Source of the DNA: the human T2T-CHM13v2.0 reference genome, Homo sapiens
Length of the DNA stretch: 64,000 nucleotides
Direction of reading: 5' to 3'
Assembly: GCA_009914755.4 (NCBI GenBank)
Contig: CP086569.2
Span: 16,576,001-16,640,000, forward strand
The notes beneath the pieces were generated by a model, which was not told where the DNA came from, searched no databases, and saw only the letters and a list, made by a program, of their open reading frames with translations. The first letter of the stretch is position 1. Each line of letters starts with the position of its first letter. Shown one piece after another: positions 12,876 to 24,860 of the stretch. The position numbers were made by a program, and so were the translations under genes.

Positions 12876-13010
12876 CTTTCTTTCTTTCCTTTTTCTTTTT
12901 TCTCATTTATCCTGTTATCTACCTATCTTCTATTTATCTATCATCTATCCTATCTATCTACCTATCTTCTATTTATCAACATCTATCTATCTTCCATTTA
13001 TTGATCACCT
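12425..13010. repeat. Compound microsatellite block: (TCTA)n, a degenerate TATC/TCCA region, a long polypyrimidine (CTTT)n/(CCTT)n tract at about 12640-12900, then (TATC)n-like repeats
   Basis: Direct reading: ctatctatctatcta..., then ccttccttccttcc...ctttctttctttctttc... running about 260 bp as pure pyrimidine on the plus strand, then ctatctacctatcttct.... The KR-rich minus ORF 12643..12906 is a translation artefact of this tract. Confidence 0.95.
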
Positions 13011-13254
13011 ATCTTATCTATCTTCTACATTCAATATGAATACATGGGAGTAGGACTTTGTTTCATGTTCTCAGTGGCTAGAATAGCACATAGCATATAG
13101 TAGACATTCAAAAATGTTTGTTGCAGAGTGAATGACATTTATTGGTCTACCCAGCGTGGAGTCCTGGAAGTAACATGAATTCAGAGAGAAAATACATAAA
13201 ATTGTTAATCTTCTGTGCACTGGGTTTCTATCATAATGCATAGATGCTAATATG

Positions 13255-13618
13255 GTTTGAATATTTGTATCCTCCCAAAATTCCTATGTTGAAACCCTCA
13301 TTGCCAGGGTGATGGTATTAGGAGGTGGGGCTTTGGGAGTTAATAAGCTCATAAGGGTGGAGCCCTCCTGGATGGGATTAATGCACTTATAAAAGGGACC
13401 CCAGAGAGGCCTCTCACTCCTTCCACCATGTGAGGATGCAGAGAGAAGGTGCCATCTAAAAAACAGGAACTGAGTCATTTCCAGACAGTAAATCTACCAC
13501 ACATTGATCGTGGACTTCCAGCATCCAAGACTGTGTGAAATACATTTCTGTTGTTTATAAGACACCCAGTTTATGGTATTTTGTTACATCAGCCTGAAAA
13601 AACTAGTTTTTCATATTT
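13255..13618 (+). mobile_element. ERVL-MaLR-type solo LTR (MST/MLT1-like family; subfamily uncertain)
   Basis: The match starts tgctaatatggtttg.atatttgt and runs through ccccaaaattc.tatgttgaaaccc, ggtgatggtattaggaggtggggc.tttgggag and ggtggagccctc.tg.atgggattaatgc.cttataaaag. Its 3' end is cttccagc.tccaagactgtgtgaaatacatttctgttgtttataagacacccagtttatggtattttgttacatcagcctgaa, the canonical MaLR 3' end. Confidence 0.55.
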
Positions 13619-13936
13619 TCATCTTTGCTTTTACAGCAAAACTGAGTTTATACATTATTAAGAATAATATAATATCAACTACCAATCTTGTAAGAAGTTT
13701 TATTCTTACCAAACTGTTTTTATTATTGTTTTTGAAACCATACCCCCATCTCCCTTGAGTGTTGGTAATTATTAGATGTCAAATAGTTAACATACTTACA
13801 TAATATTTAAGATATATGTATTATGGAATAATATTTTCTAATTCATTTTCCATCAAGAAAATGGAGGAAAGCTAAGAATAACAGAATTTTATTCACACAA
13901 TGAATGTATAAAATCATGAAATATGTTTACCTCTTG

Positions 13937-13953
13937 AAATATACCACTTTGCT
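13937..13953. repeat. Left target-site duplication of the twin-primed L1 (gaaatataccactttgc)
   Basis: The same 17-mer, gaaatataccactttgc, occurs at 17687-17703 immediately after the poly-A. Confidence 0.85.
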
Positions 13954-15180
13954 TAGAATAGCCTCAGAAGGAATGGTACCAGCTCTTCTTTGTACCTCTG
14001 GTAGAATTCAGCTGTAAATGCATCTGGTCCTGGACCTTTTTGGGTTGGTAGGCGATTAATTATTGCCTCAATTTCAGAACCTGTTATTGGTCTATTCAGA
14101 GATTCAACTCCTTCCTGGTTTAGTCTTGAGAGGTTGTATGTGTCCAGGAATTTATCCATTTCTTCTGGATTTTCTAATTTATTTTCATAGAGGTGTTTAT
14201 AGTATTCTCTGATGGTAGTTTGTATTTCTGTGGAATTGGTGGTGTTATCTCTTTTATCATTTTTATTGCATCTATTAGATTGTTCCATCTTTTCTTCTTT
14301 GTTAGTCTGGTTAGCGGTCTATTTTGTTGATCTTTTCAAAAAACCAGCTCCTGGATTCACTGATTTATTGAAGGACTTTTATGTCTCTATCTCCTTCAGT
14401 TCTGCTCTGATCTTAGTTATTTGTTGCCTTTTGCTAGCTTTTGAATTTGTTTGCTCTTGCTTCTCTAGTTATTTTATTTGTGATGTTAGGGTGTCAGTTA
14501 TAGATCTTTCCTGTTTTCTCTCATGGGCATTTAGTGCTGTAAAGTTCCCTCTACACACTGCTTTAAATGTGTCCCAGAGATTCTGGTATGCTGTGTATTT
14601 GTTCTCATTGGTTTCAAAGAACTTACTTATTTCTGCCTTAATTTCCTATTTATCCAGTAGTCATTCAGGAGCAGATTGATCAGTTTCCATGTAGTTGTGC
14701 AGTTTTGAGTTAGTTTCTTAATCCTGAATTCTAATTTTATTGCACTGTGGTCTGAGTGACAGTTTGTTGTGATTTCTGTTCCTGTCCATTTGCTGCAGCA
14801 TCTTTTACTTCCAATTATGTGGCCAGTTTTAGAATAAGTGTGATGTGGTGCTGAGAAGAATGTATATTATGTTGATTTGGGGTAGAGAATTCTGTAGATG
14901 TCTATTAGGTCAGCTTGGTCCAGAGTTGAGTTCAAGTCCTGGATATCTTTATTAACTGTCAGTCTCATTGTTCTGTCTAATATTGACAGTGGGGTGTTAA
15001 AGTCTCCCACTATTATTGTGTGGGAGTCTAATTCTCTGTGTAAGTCTCTAAGGACTTGCTTTAGAATCTGGGTATTCCAGTGTTGGTTGCATATATATTT
15101 AGGATAGTTAGCTATTCTTGTTAAATTGATCCCTTTAACATTATACATTATATAATGGCCTTCTTTAGGAATCTTAGTAG
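13954..15180 (-). mobile_element. Inverted 5' segment of a twin-primed L1 (ORF2 about aa 78-480, antisense)
   Basis: Minus ORFs 13953..14288 (...[79 protein letters not shown]) and 14867..15208 (KEGHYIMY.VKG......NYPKYIC.QHW.TQILKQVLRDL.RELDSHTIIVGDFNTPLSILDR..., endonuclease). Confidence 0.9.
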
Positions 15181-15184
15181 TCCT

Positions 15185-17686
15185 CCTTAAGAATCCTCCA
15201 TAACTCACTTTAGGAGGCCAACATTATCCTGATACCAAATCCTGGCCAAGACACAACAACAACACAAAATTTTTAGGCCAATATCCCTGAAGAACATCGA
15301 TATGAAAATCCTCAATAAAATACTGGGAAACTGAATCCAGCAGCATATCAAAAAGCTTATCCATCACAAATAAGTCAGCTTCATCCCTGGGATGCAAGGC
15401 TGGCTCAACATACACAAATCAATAAACATAATTCATCACATAAACAGAACGAATGAGAAAAAACATATTGTTATTTCAATAGATGCAGAAAAGGCTTCGA
15501 CAAAATTCAACAGCGCTTCATGCTAAAAATTCTCAATAAATTTGGTATTGACGGGATGTATCTCAAAATAATAAGTGTTGTTTATGACAAATCCACAGCC
15601 AATATTATACTGAATGCACAAAAACTGGAAACATTCTTTTTGAAAACTGGCAAAAGATGAGGATGCCCTCTCTCACCACTCCTATTCAATGTAGTGTTCT
15701 AAGTTCTGGCCAGGGCAATTAGGCAAGAGGAAGAAATAAATGGTATTCAGTTAGGAAAAGAGGATGTCACATTGGCTCTGTTTGCAGATGACATGATTGT
15801 ATATTTAGAAAACCTCATTGTCTCAGCCCAAAATCTCCTTAAGCTGATAAGCAACTTCAGCAAAGTCTCAGGATACAAAGTCAATGTGAAAAAATCACAA
15901 GCATTTTTATGCACCAATTATAGAGAAACAGAGAGCCAAATCATGAGTGAACTCTCATTTACAATTAATAAAAAGAGAATAAAATACCTAGGCCTCAAAC
16001 TTACAAGTGATATGAAGGACTTCCTAAAGGAGAACTACAAACCACTGCTCAATGAAATGAAAGAGGACACAAAAAAATGGAAGAACATTCCATGTTCATG
16101 GATAGGAAGAATGAATATTGTGAAAATGGCCATAATACCCAAGGTAATTTATAGATTCTATGCAATCCATCTCAAGCTACTATTGACTTTCTTCACAGAA
16201 CTGGAAAAAAAAAAGTACTTTAAAGTTTATTTGGAACCAAAACAAGAGCCTGCATACACAGGACAATCCTAAGCAAAAAGAACAAAGCTGTGGGCATCAC
16301 ACTACCTGACTTCAAACGATATTACAAGGCTACAGTAACCAAAACAGCATGGTGCTTGTACCAAAACATATATATAGACCCATGGAACAAAACAGAGGCC
16401 TCAGAAATAATACCACACATCTACAACCACCTGATCTTTGACAAACCTGACAAAATCAAGAAATGGGGAAATGATTCACTATTTAATAAATGGTGCTGGA
16501 AAACTGGCTAGCCATATGTAGAAAGCTGAGACTGATCCCTTCCTTACACCTTATACAAAAATTAACTCAAGATGGATTAAAGACTTAAATGTAAGACATG
16601 TAACTAGAAAAATCCTAGAAGAAAACCTATGCAATACCTTTCAGGAAATAGGCATGGGCAAAGATTTCATGACTAAAATGCCAAAAGCCAAAATAGATGA
16701 ATGGGGTCTAAATAAACTAAATAGCTTCTGCACAGCAAAATAAATTATCATCGGAGTGAACAGGCAACCTACAGAATGGGAGAAAATTTTTGGAATCTAC
16801 ACATCTGATGAAGGGCTTAATATCCAGAATTCACAAATAACTTAAACAAATGTACAATAAAAAAACAAACGACTCCCTCAAAAAGTGGGCAAAGGATATG
16901 AATAGACACTTCTCAAAAGAAGATATTTATGCAGCCAACAGACATATGAAAAAACACCCAGCATCACTGGTCATCAGAGAAATGCAAATCAAAACCCCAA
17001 TGGGATATCATCTCAAAACAACAAATGCTGGAGAGGATGTGGAGAGATAGGAACACTTTTCCACTGTTGGTGGGAGTTTAAATTAGTTCAACCATTGTGG
17101 AAGACAGTGTGGTGATTCCTCAAGGATCTAGAACTAGAAATATCATTTGATTCAGCAATCCCATTACTGGCTGTATACCCAGAGGATTATAAATCATGCT
17201 ACTATAAAAGATGCATGCACACATACATTTACTGTTGCACTATTCACAGTAGCAGGATAGCAGTCTTGGAACCAACCCAATGTCCATCAGTGACAGACTA
17301 GATTAAGAAAATGTGGCACATATACATCATGAATACTATGCAGCCATGAAAAAGGATGGGTTCATGTCCTTTGTGGGGACTTGGATGAAGCTGGAACCAT
17401 CATTCTCAGAACCTTCACACAAGGACAGAAAACCAAACACCGCATGTTCTCACTTATATGTGGGAGTTGAACAATGAAAACACATAGACACAGCATGGGG
17501 AGCATCACACACGAAGGCCTGCTGGGGATTGTGGGGCTGAGGGAGGGATAGCATTAGGAGAAACACCTAATATGAATGATGAGTTGATGGGTGCAGCAAA
17601 CCAATATGGCACATGTATACCTAGGTAACAAAGCTGCACATTCTGCACTTGTACCCTAGAACTTAAAGTATAATAATAAAAAAAGA
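15185..17686 (+). mobile_element. Direct 3' segment of the same twin-primed L1 (ORF2 about aa 470 to the 3' UTR and poly-A)
   Basis: gaatcctccataactcactttaggaggccaacattatcctgataccaaatcctggccaagacacaac...atcctcaataaaatactgg matches the ORF2 region reading [23 protein letters not shown]...ILNKILA. Plus ORFs 15772..16272 and 16290..16511 are ORF2. The 3' end ...gtaccctagaacttaaagtataataataaaaaaa lies at 17660-17686. Confidence 0.9.
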
Positions 17687-17703
17687 GAAATATACCACTT
17701 TGC
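17687..17703. repeat. Right target-site duplication of the twin-primed L1 (gaaatataccactttgc)
   Basis: Identical to 13937-13953. Confidence 0.85.
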
Positions 17704-20700
17704 AAATAAAGGTAGGGCCCTATCTATTCACTATAGCCATTGAAAACCTGTAAGAGCAAAGTAAAATCTTCTTAAATTCTCAGGGCAACAAGATTAATTA
17801 GAACTAAGAAAGATAATTGAGTAGCTTTAGATTTGCATATGCAAGATCTTTTTTAATCTTATAAAAGTGTATTTTACATAACATTAATTATAGAACATAT
17901 ATATTCAGAAATGCATACAATTAAGAAAAAAATCAGACATGATGGAAGGACATAAACATAATGACTGAAGAAAGGCTGAGAGCTAGAGAAACATTTCACA
18001 AGTTGCTAAGTCTTTGAAATTATAATATTTCAATGAGGCAAAACTGAAAAGTTGTTTAAGTGTTCTTTCTTCCTGTCTAAACATGTACTTGGCTTGTACT
18101 TTCACAAAACAAGACATGCTAGAAACCATAAGGCAAAAATACACATAATTTTAGACAGGGCCACTAGACTGAGTCTGAGTCATTAGAGGACATTGGTCTA
18201 CAAAACCAGGTACAACGTACACTCAGTCATTGTCTAAATTGCATTGGAAAATATGCCAAGTTTATGAGTTTCTAATATTAAATCCTTCGAGTAGATATTT
18301 ACTTTTCTTTTCCTTCCTTCAGATAGGAATGGCACCCAAGGAGTTTTGACACAGGTTATCACTCTTTACATAAAATGATGATCTATATCAATAAAGTAAG
18401 AATAAACATTTAAATCTATCCAATCATAATGTATGAACATTGGTTTTCTAGTTCCTAAAGGCAGAAGCTGGAAGATTCATGCCAACTACTGTCCACATTT
18501 CCATGTGTCTATTGTTATTCTATCATATGCACAACTAAAATAAAGACAGTAACTTTCTTTTTCCATTCACATATATATTGTTGTTGTTGTTTCTCTTTAA
18601 TATCTCTAAAAGTACCTATTTGGTTACCACAGCCATATGCCCTTACATACATGAGAACACCTTGGGCATGTAGCATCAAAAGCCACAACAGAAAATGCTC
18701 GTTTTTAAACTAAAGGATTATAAATATCTGGATGATTACCAGGTTGATCTAACTGCATCATCTGGTCAAAATCTCATGATCTAGGCAAAGTGACTGCTGT
18801 TTGAATGCCAATAGTTTTATCTCAAAATGCTAACATTTAGAATACAGTTAAACATTGCTTAATATCTTTTGCTAACTATTTCTTTTGAATTTATTTCTTG
18901 CTTTTTTTTTAGGTTGTTTCTGCAACAATGCTGAAATTAGATGGTGTTAAGAAAAGAACTTAATTGCTACTATAATTTGAAAAGATTTGGAAACATTTGA
19001 TGCTGTATTTTTGAAAGACAATTTTATGACATTGAACTAGACAGTCAAGACACAATTTATTCTTTGTAAACTAATCCTGTAATCTCTGTCCAGTTGGGCT
19101 CAAATGTACACTGATAGGATCTTGTCCAAATCTGTGTCCTGTGAGACTAATTGGTTCAGCAACCACAGTGGCAAGTCTCCATGCAATTCAGCAGTAAAAA
19201 CATCCTACTGGAATGGATCTACATGACTCTACATGCCTCTAAGAGGCAAAACACAGGAAGAGGGAAAGGGATGAATCAAAAATAAAAAAGGGAGATTATA
19301 AGAAACATCATAAGGCCAGATACTTCTCCGTCTTCCTCTTTTTCCCCTCAATTTCCTTGGGCCATATAATATGCTTTTCTTAAGACAAATATAAATAGAT
19401 CAACGATGTCAGAAGAAACAGCCTGAGAAAAGAGATAATTACTGTCCGTTTTTCACTGGTGTCTCCCTTGTAAACTTGCTGGTGTTACACCAGAGCATGG
19501 TGTACCCTCTGCCCTCCCCAAATGAGGTACATGATCAGGAGCATTATTTGATAAATTTGATTTTGGACATATTTACACCATTATGTCAACATTATTATGT
19601 AGAATCACATGAAATTGACAATATTCAGCCATGAAAGTTTTGTATTTCATTCAACACAATATATCTCTTCAAGTTAGTTGAATTAATTCAGAGAAATAAA
19701 TGTCTGTTCTTACAAAAATGAACTAGGGAACTCAGGGCACCATGATTGCTTAGTAACATTACTTAGTCATGCTAAGAAAAGTTTCCTTTTCCCTTGTGGT
19801 ATGCATTGTAAATTTCTTCTATATTTCTTCTCTTTCTGTACATGGAGGATTATAATTATGCCCAAACCTTTGGAAGTAGTAGATGTAACTACTTCACTAT
19901 TCACAATGAAACATGAATGGAAGTGATGCATTTTGCATCTGATTAAATAAAGGTATTTAATCACCTTTACTGGACTCTCTAGCCATCTCCTCACATGATG
20001 CCACATGTTGAGATGATGACATTCTATAAGGGTAGAGCAGGTCTCTCTGCCAACCACATTGGATGCCAGCTTACTCAAGAAATAAACTTTTGTTTTAAGC
20101 CATTGAGATTTTTGAGTGGTTAGGTACTATAATTAACCCAGATTATTCCCACTTAAAAAAGATCTCTGGGGGAAAAATATGATGGCAGGCAATACTCAAT
20201 AATACTTACTATTGATGGTAAAAATAGAATCAACATTTGCCAACTTAAAACTTTGAGAGTGTGAATGGCCTTTCCAAAACTTCTGGCCCCAGGAATTCCC
20301 ACTCACTAGAAATCCTGTTTAGAAACATCTTTTCTGGGGAGGTTGTCAAAACTCCTGACACTGTGAGTTCTAAAGTAGTTAAATCCTTCCCTGCTTAATA
20401 TTTGGTTAGGAAAAATTTCATTAACACAAACCCTGGAAGGGTAGGGTAAAATTCCTCATAGTAGCGCACAGTCTTTGTTTTGTCTGAGCAATATGGAATT
20501 GTAGAAACATCCTAATATCACTAGCAATTAATAATAAATGCACTCAGAAGTGACAATCCAAAGTCAATATATGGAAATGTCATCTTTTTGGAGTGAAGCT
20601 ATTTTGACAGGCTAAATTCCAATAATATTAAACACAGCTGTGACTTTAGCATATGTGGTGATGACTCAGTTAGGTAAACTTAGGATCATGACCACAGGGA

Positions 20701-20744
20701 AAAATTAAAAGACAGACATGACAGAAAGAGGAAAGAGTTGATTT

Positions 20745-20745
20745 C

Positions 20746-20780
<35 letters not shown>

Positions 20781-20803
20781 AGAAGAAGAAGAAGAAGAAG
20801 AAA
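20745..20803. repeat. Poly(A) tract of about 35 nt followed by (GAA)8
   Basis: Direct reading: aaaaaaaaaa...agaagaagaagaagaagaagaagaaaatg. Confidence 0.95.
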
Positions 20804-21717
20804 ATGTGAATTTATTCAGAGCATTTATTCTAATAATTTTTGTTTTTTATTTGTCCCCAAGAGACAAAAAATCTTTTCAACCATTATATTTTTAGGTACA
20901 ATTGTAAACATGGCCTAATCCTCTTTTCAATTTTAAGAAACCCAGTAGACCAAATCTCTGACAACAAACACAATAGCAATAAGTACATGCTGCACAGTTT
21001 GGGGTAACATAAAGTGTTTTTGCACAAGACATCCAGAAATGAACATCACTTTGCTCCTATTTCTGGCTGCTCTTTTTAAGCAAGCTGTAGATTTCACAAT
21101 CGACTTTTGTTCAAGTCTTTGCTTCATGATAATAAAGCTTATTGAAAGCATTTGTTTTGCAGCTCTGTGTTGTCCCAGTCTGATCTGAAATTAAAATAAT
21201 TGTTATTAAAATTGAACAAAAGAAAAGAAATGTCATGAGATGAATTACAATTGTTTAGTATGGACAATTAACCTGATTTTCATTTTCAAAAAATGTGATT
21301 TTGCCCAAAGAAAACTATTTGCTTCTTGGAAAAGAAATAATAGTTGGAAATGCTTGAGTTATTCATGTCACATTTAGACAGAAAAGTTTCGATCATTTAA
21401 AGTGTTTGTTATGGTGTTTTATATATATATATGTTAAAATTTTTATTATGATGCAGGCAGAACTTGTCTTCTCTATCATTCCCCTTCATTTGGCTCTCCA
21501 GTGTCTGTGCCTTAAGTTCTGCCCCTAAATAGTTCAGGGGTTCCTAAAAGCCATGTTTTCATTCCCTGAAATCTTCCTTTTTCTTAATTCACAGGTCCAT
21601 TTAGGGGCTTGTCTCTACCAGGATAGAGATTAGAAATTGCTACTCTATCAAACACTCTGTTGATATTAGGATACTATGGCTTCTCCCCAGTATAGTTTCC
21701 CCAAAGTCAGATTTTGA

Positions 21718-22018
<301 letters not shown>

Positions 22019-22676
22019 TTAGAGTTTTCAGATTTAATACAAATTCTACCTTGTCACAAGGAACTCTAGGAGAGCAATATCTCTGGAGAGTGATATTCAA
22101 CCAGTCTTCTTCCCTGGCCTTGAAAGGGGACTTTTGTGAGCAGGGGAGCAGTGAAAAAATATTTATGAAAGGTGTTTTCCTTGGCTTAAAGGAATTTCTC
22201 TGGAGGCCTAGGCCCTGCTCTGTTTCACCGTGAAGGTAGAGACTGGAACCAGGAGATAAAAAATTAGAGAAGGACTTCGGTACAAGGGCCATGGAAAATA
22301 GCATATTCTTTGGAATGTTGCTTTTTGCTTTCCAGCCAGTGTGTGTAGGTACTACATGAGGTCAGTCTAGGAGGCAGAGCCCTGACACCTTGCAATAGAT
22401 ATGCAAAACGCCTGCACCTTTAGTGCCCTGAAGCCCTCTTATGTTGCATGCATGTCACATGCTCATGCTTACAAGTAATTATTAAGTGCTTTTACTTAGC
22501 CAATATGGGCACATCGTATAACTCCAACTCACTTCAAAGGAAAGTTTATTACAATCACCTATCTCCTCCATCTTGCTTTGTTTACTTAAAATGTCATGTG
22601 TTTGTTGGTCAGCTTCACAAGACAAGCTCTCTTTCTGATGTCCTAAGTCAGCTCTCTAAATGTCTCATGCTCCCTC

Positions 22677-23182
22677 TTTCATGCGCGTTTGTGTAAAAAG
22701 ACCACCAAACAGGCTTTGTGTGAGCAATAAAGCTTTTAATCACCTGAGTGAAGGCGGGCTGAGTTCAAAAAGAGAGTCAGTGAAGGGAGATGGGGTGGGG
22801 CCATTTTATAAGATTTGGGTAGGTAAAGGAAAATTACAGTCAAAGGGAGTTTGTTCTCTGGCAGGCAGGAGTGGGGATCACAAGGTGCTCAGTGGGGGAG
22901 ATTTGTGAGCCAGGATGAGCCAGGAAAAGGACTTTCACAAGGTAATGTCATCACTTAAGGCAAGGATCAGACATTTTCATTTCTTTTGTGGTGGAATATC
23001 ATCAGTTAAGGCAAGGACCAGACCGGCCATTTACACTTCTTTTGTGGTGCAATGTCATCAGTTAAGGCGAGGCAGGGCATATTCACTTCTTTTGTGATTC
23101 TTCAGTTACTTCAAGCCATCTGGACATATATGTGCAAGTCACAGGGGATATGATGGCTTGGCTTGGGCTTAGAGGCCTGACA
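22677..23182 (-). mobile_element. LTR7 (HERV-H long terminal repeat), antisense, with three copies of the internal ~45-bp tandem unit
   Basis: The left end is tttcatgcgcgtttgtgtaaaaagaccaccaaacaggctttgtgtgagcaataaagc, the reverse complement of the LTR7 3' end ...CACACGGACGCGCATGAAA. The right end is ...ggcttggcttgggcttagaggcctgaca, the reverse complement of the LTR7 5' end TGTCAGGCCTCTGAGCCCAAGCCAAGCCATC. The motif tcatcagttaaggcaagg...cttcttttgtggtg occurs three times between them. Confidence 0.75.
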
Positions 23183-24102
23183 CCCCCCTCCTCCTTGGTT
23201 TCTGTAAAGGAGAATGCTGCTGCTTTTTATAGAAGTAATTTCCCTGAGCATCTGATAAAAGTCAAATGCTAACATGATTCTATAAAACTGCATAGTAACA
23301 AAATTATTATCACCTAGTCATTTTTCTTTTCTTCCAGATATACATTAATCAGTACATTAGCAGTTGCAATTTAATAAAGACAAAATATAAAGTCTATTTG
23401 AGATCATAGACTTTGAGGTCAAGTGTATTTTGATACCAATGAATATGCTTGAAATCTGAAGTGACTTAACTTGCAGCTTGTTTCAAGAGCTCTTGTATCA
23501 TTATCAAATCGTAACCCAGAAATCTGTCTTTAACCGCACCCACCATCCTCACTAAAGTGACTGAGGTGTGTGTCTACATGGAATAATACCAATATGACTT
23601 CATTTTGAGGGAAATGGCTGACCCACCTTGTCTTATCCATGGTGGATTAGTAGTCCCTCAATAGGAAGGAGAGAACAAAATCAGCCTGGTTACACAGGAC
23701 CATGAAATACACATTTATAATTATGCAAATTCATCTATTGTTGACAGAAATTGCAACATTGATTTGTTGCTGTTTGACTTTGCATTTGAATACTTGCAAA
23801 CAAATTCCTTTCTTATTATACCTACTTTTTTCCTGCACTTCCTCCTAAATCTTTCAAACTAATTGCTTTGCATATCCTATAATCTGAGATCAGAGAGTAA
23901 CTCAAGTACAAATTGCCCCACTTCTCAGGAAAAGTGCACTGCTCTATAGTTGAAGCCATTTCAATTCTTTTGCAAACATATTCTGAATAATTTTTAGTCT
24001 AGTTTTATTTATTGCTGGGACCAGCTCCTCTCTTTAAGTGCCTCCCTGTGAACACAGCTTGACAAGGGTTAATTTGCAAGAACAAAATGTACACAGACCT
24101 GC

Positions 24103-24150
24103 AGAGTGTGTGTGTGTGTGTGTGTGTTTGTGTGTGTGTGGTGGAGAGGA
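24103..24150. repeat. (TG)n dinucleotide microsatellite
   Basis: tgtgtgtgtgtgtgtgtgtgtttgtgtgtgtgtggtg. Confidence 0.95.
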
Positions 24151-24289
24151 ACATTGGCTACTCTCCTTAATGAGAATGGAAGCTAAGCTTTAAATAAAGT
24201 TTTATGGGTCCTTAGAATTGGACAAATGCATCCATAGGGAGTGAAAGGGACTGAACAAGTGACAGAGCCTTTCCTGTGTGTTATGGGCT

Positions 24290-24660
24290 GAATTGTGTCA
24301 CCCCCCAGCCCTCACCACTGACCAATATTTAAATGTTGGAGACCTATCCCTCACGGCCCCATATTGTGACTTTATTTGGAGATATGGCCTTTAAATAGAT
24401 AATTAAATTAAAATGATGTCATTAGGGTGGACCCTGAATCAATAGGACTGGTGTTTTTATTAAAAAAAGGAGATGAGGACACAGACACACACAGAGGGAT
24501 GACCCTGTGAGGTCACAGGGGGAGATGGCTTCTACAAGTGAAGAGGAGAGGACTCAGGGGGAACCAATCATGCTCACACTTCCAGGATGATGAGAGAATA
24601 TATGTCTGTGGTTTATAAGCCACCAGTCTATGGTATTCTGTTTCAGTCACATGAAATGAA
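24290..24660 (+). mobile_element. ERVL-MaLR-type LTR (MST/MLT1-like; subfamily uncertain)
   Basis: The 5' part reads gtgtcacccccc......tttaaatgttggagacctatccctcacggccccatattgtgactttatttggagatatggcctttaaatagataattaaattaaaatgatgtcattagggtggaccctgaatcaataggactggtgt. The 3' part reads gagatgaggacacagacacacacagagggatgaccctgtgag...ctgtggtttataagccaccagtctatggtattctgtttcagtcacatgaaatgaactaagaca, the MaLR 3' terminus. Confidence 0.5.
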
Positions 24661-24664
24661 CTAA

Positions 24665-24860
24665 GACATCTCACAAGAAGAGATGAGGACACAGCCACAC
24701 ACAGAGGATGACCCTGTGAGGACAGAGGGAAAAGATGCCATCTCCAACCCATGAGAGAGGCCTCAGGGCAAACCAGCCCTGCCCACACATTGGTGTCTGA
24801 CTTCTAGCCTCCAGGACTGTGAGAGAATACATTTAAGCTGTCCAGTCTGCTGTCCTTTGT
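24665..24860 (+). mobile_element. Second, partial copy of the same LTR type (3' half only), directly tandem to the previous LTR
   Basis: It restarts with agagatgaggacacagccacacacagaggatgaccctgtgagg and ends ...tctagcctccaggactgtgagagaatacatttaagctgtccagtctgctgtcctttgttataataacaagaacaaactaatatac. It is roughly 75% similar to 24478-24660. Confidence 0.45.

Noticed and set aside
12643-12906. An 87-aa lysine/arginine/glutamate-rich ORF (MRKKKKERKKEKERKK...) that could be mistaken for a highly basic nuclear protein
   Set aside because: It is the minus-strand translation of the (CTTT)n/(CCTT)n microsatellite (AAG/AGG/GAA codons), not a gene.
12425-13010. CRISPR-like regularly spaced repeats (also at 32995-33215 and 35925-36040)
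   Set aside because: These are tetranucleotide microsatellites with 4-bp periodicity and no 25-40 bp repeat-plus-unique-spacer architecture. CRISPR does not occur in a primate nuclear context anyway.
18880-18960. A possible exon: a polypyrimidine tract plus AG (tttcttgctttttttttag) followed by ...caacaATGctgaaattagatggtgttaagaaaagaacttaa
   Set aside because: Acceptor-like strings are frequent in AT-rich DNA. The downstream ORF is about 11 codons, and I can recognise no conserved protein motif or donor site. This is not supportable without expression or conservation data.
20640-20803. The 35-nt poly(A) plus (GAA)8 as the tail of a processed pseudogene or SVA
   Set aside because: The upstream sequence has no recognisable coding or SVA/Alu-like similarity and no TSD was found. 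It is more likely an expanded A-rich simple repeat.
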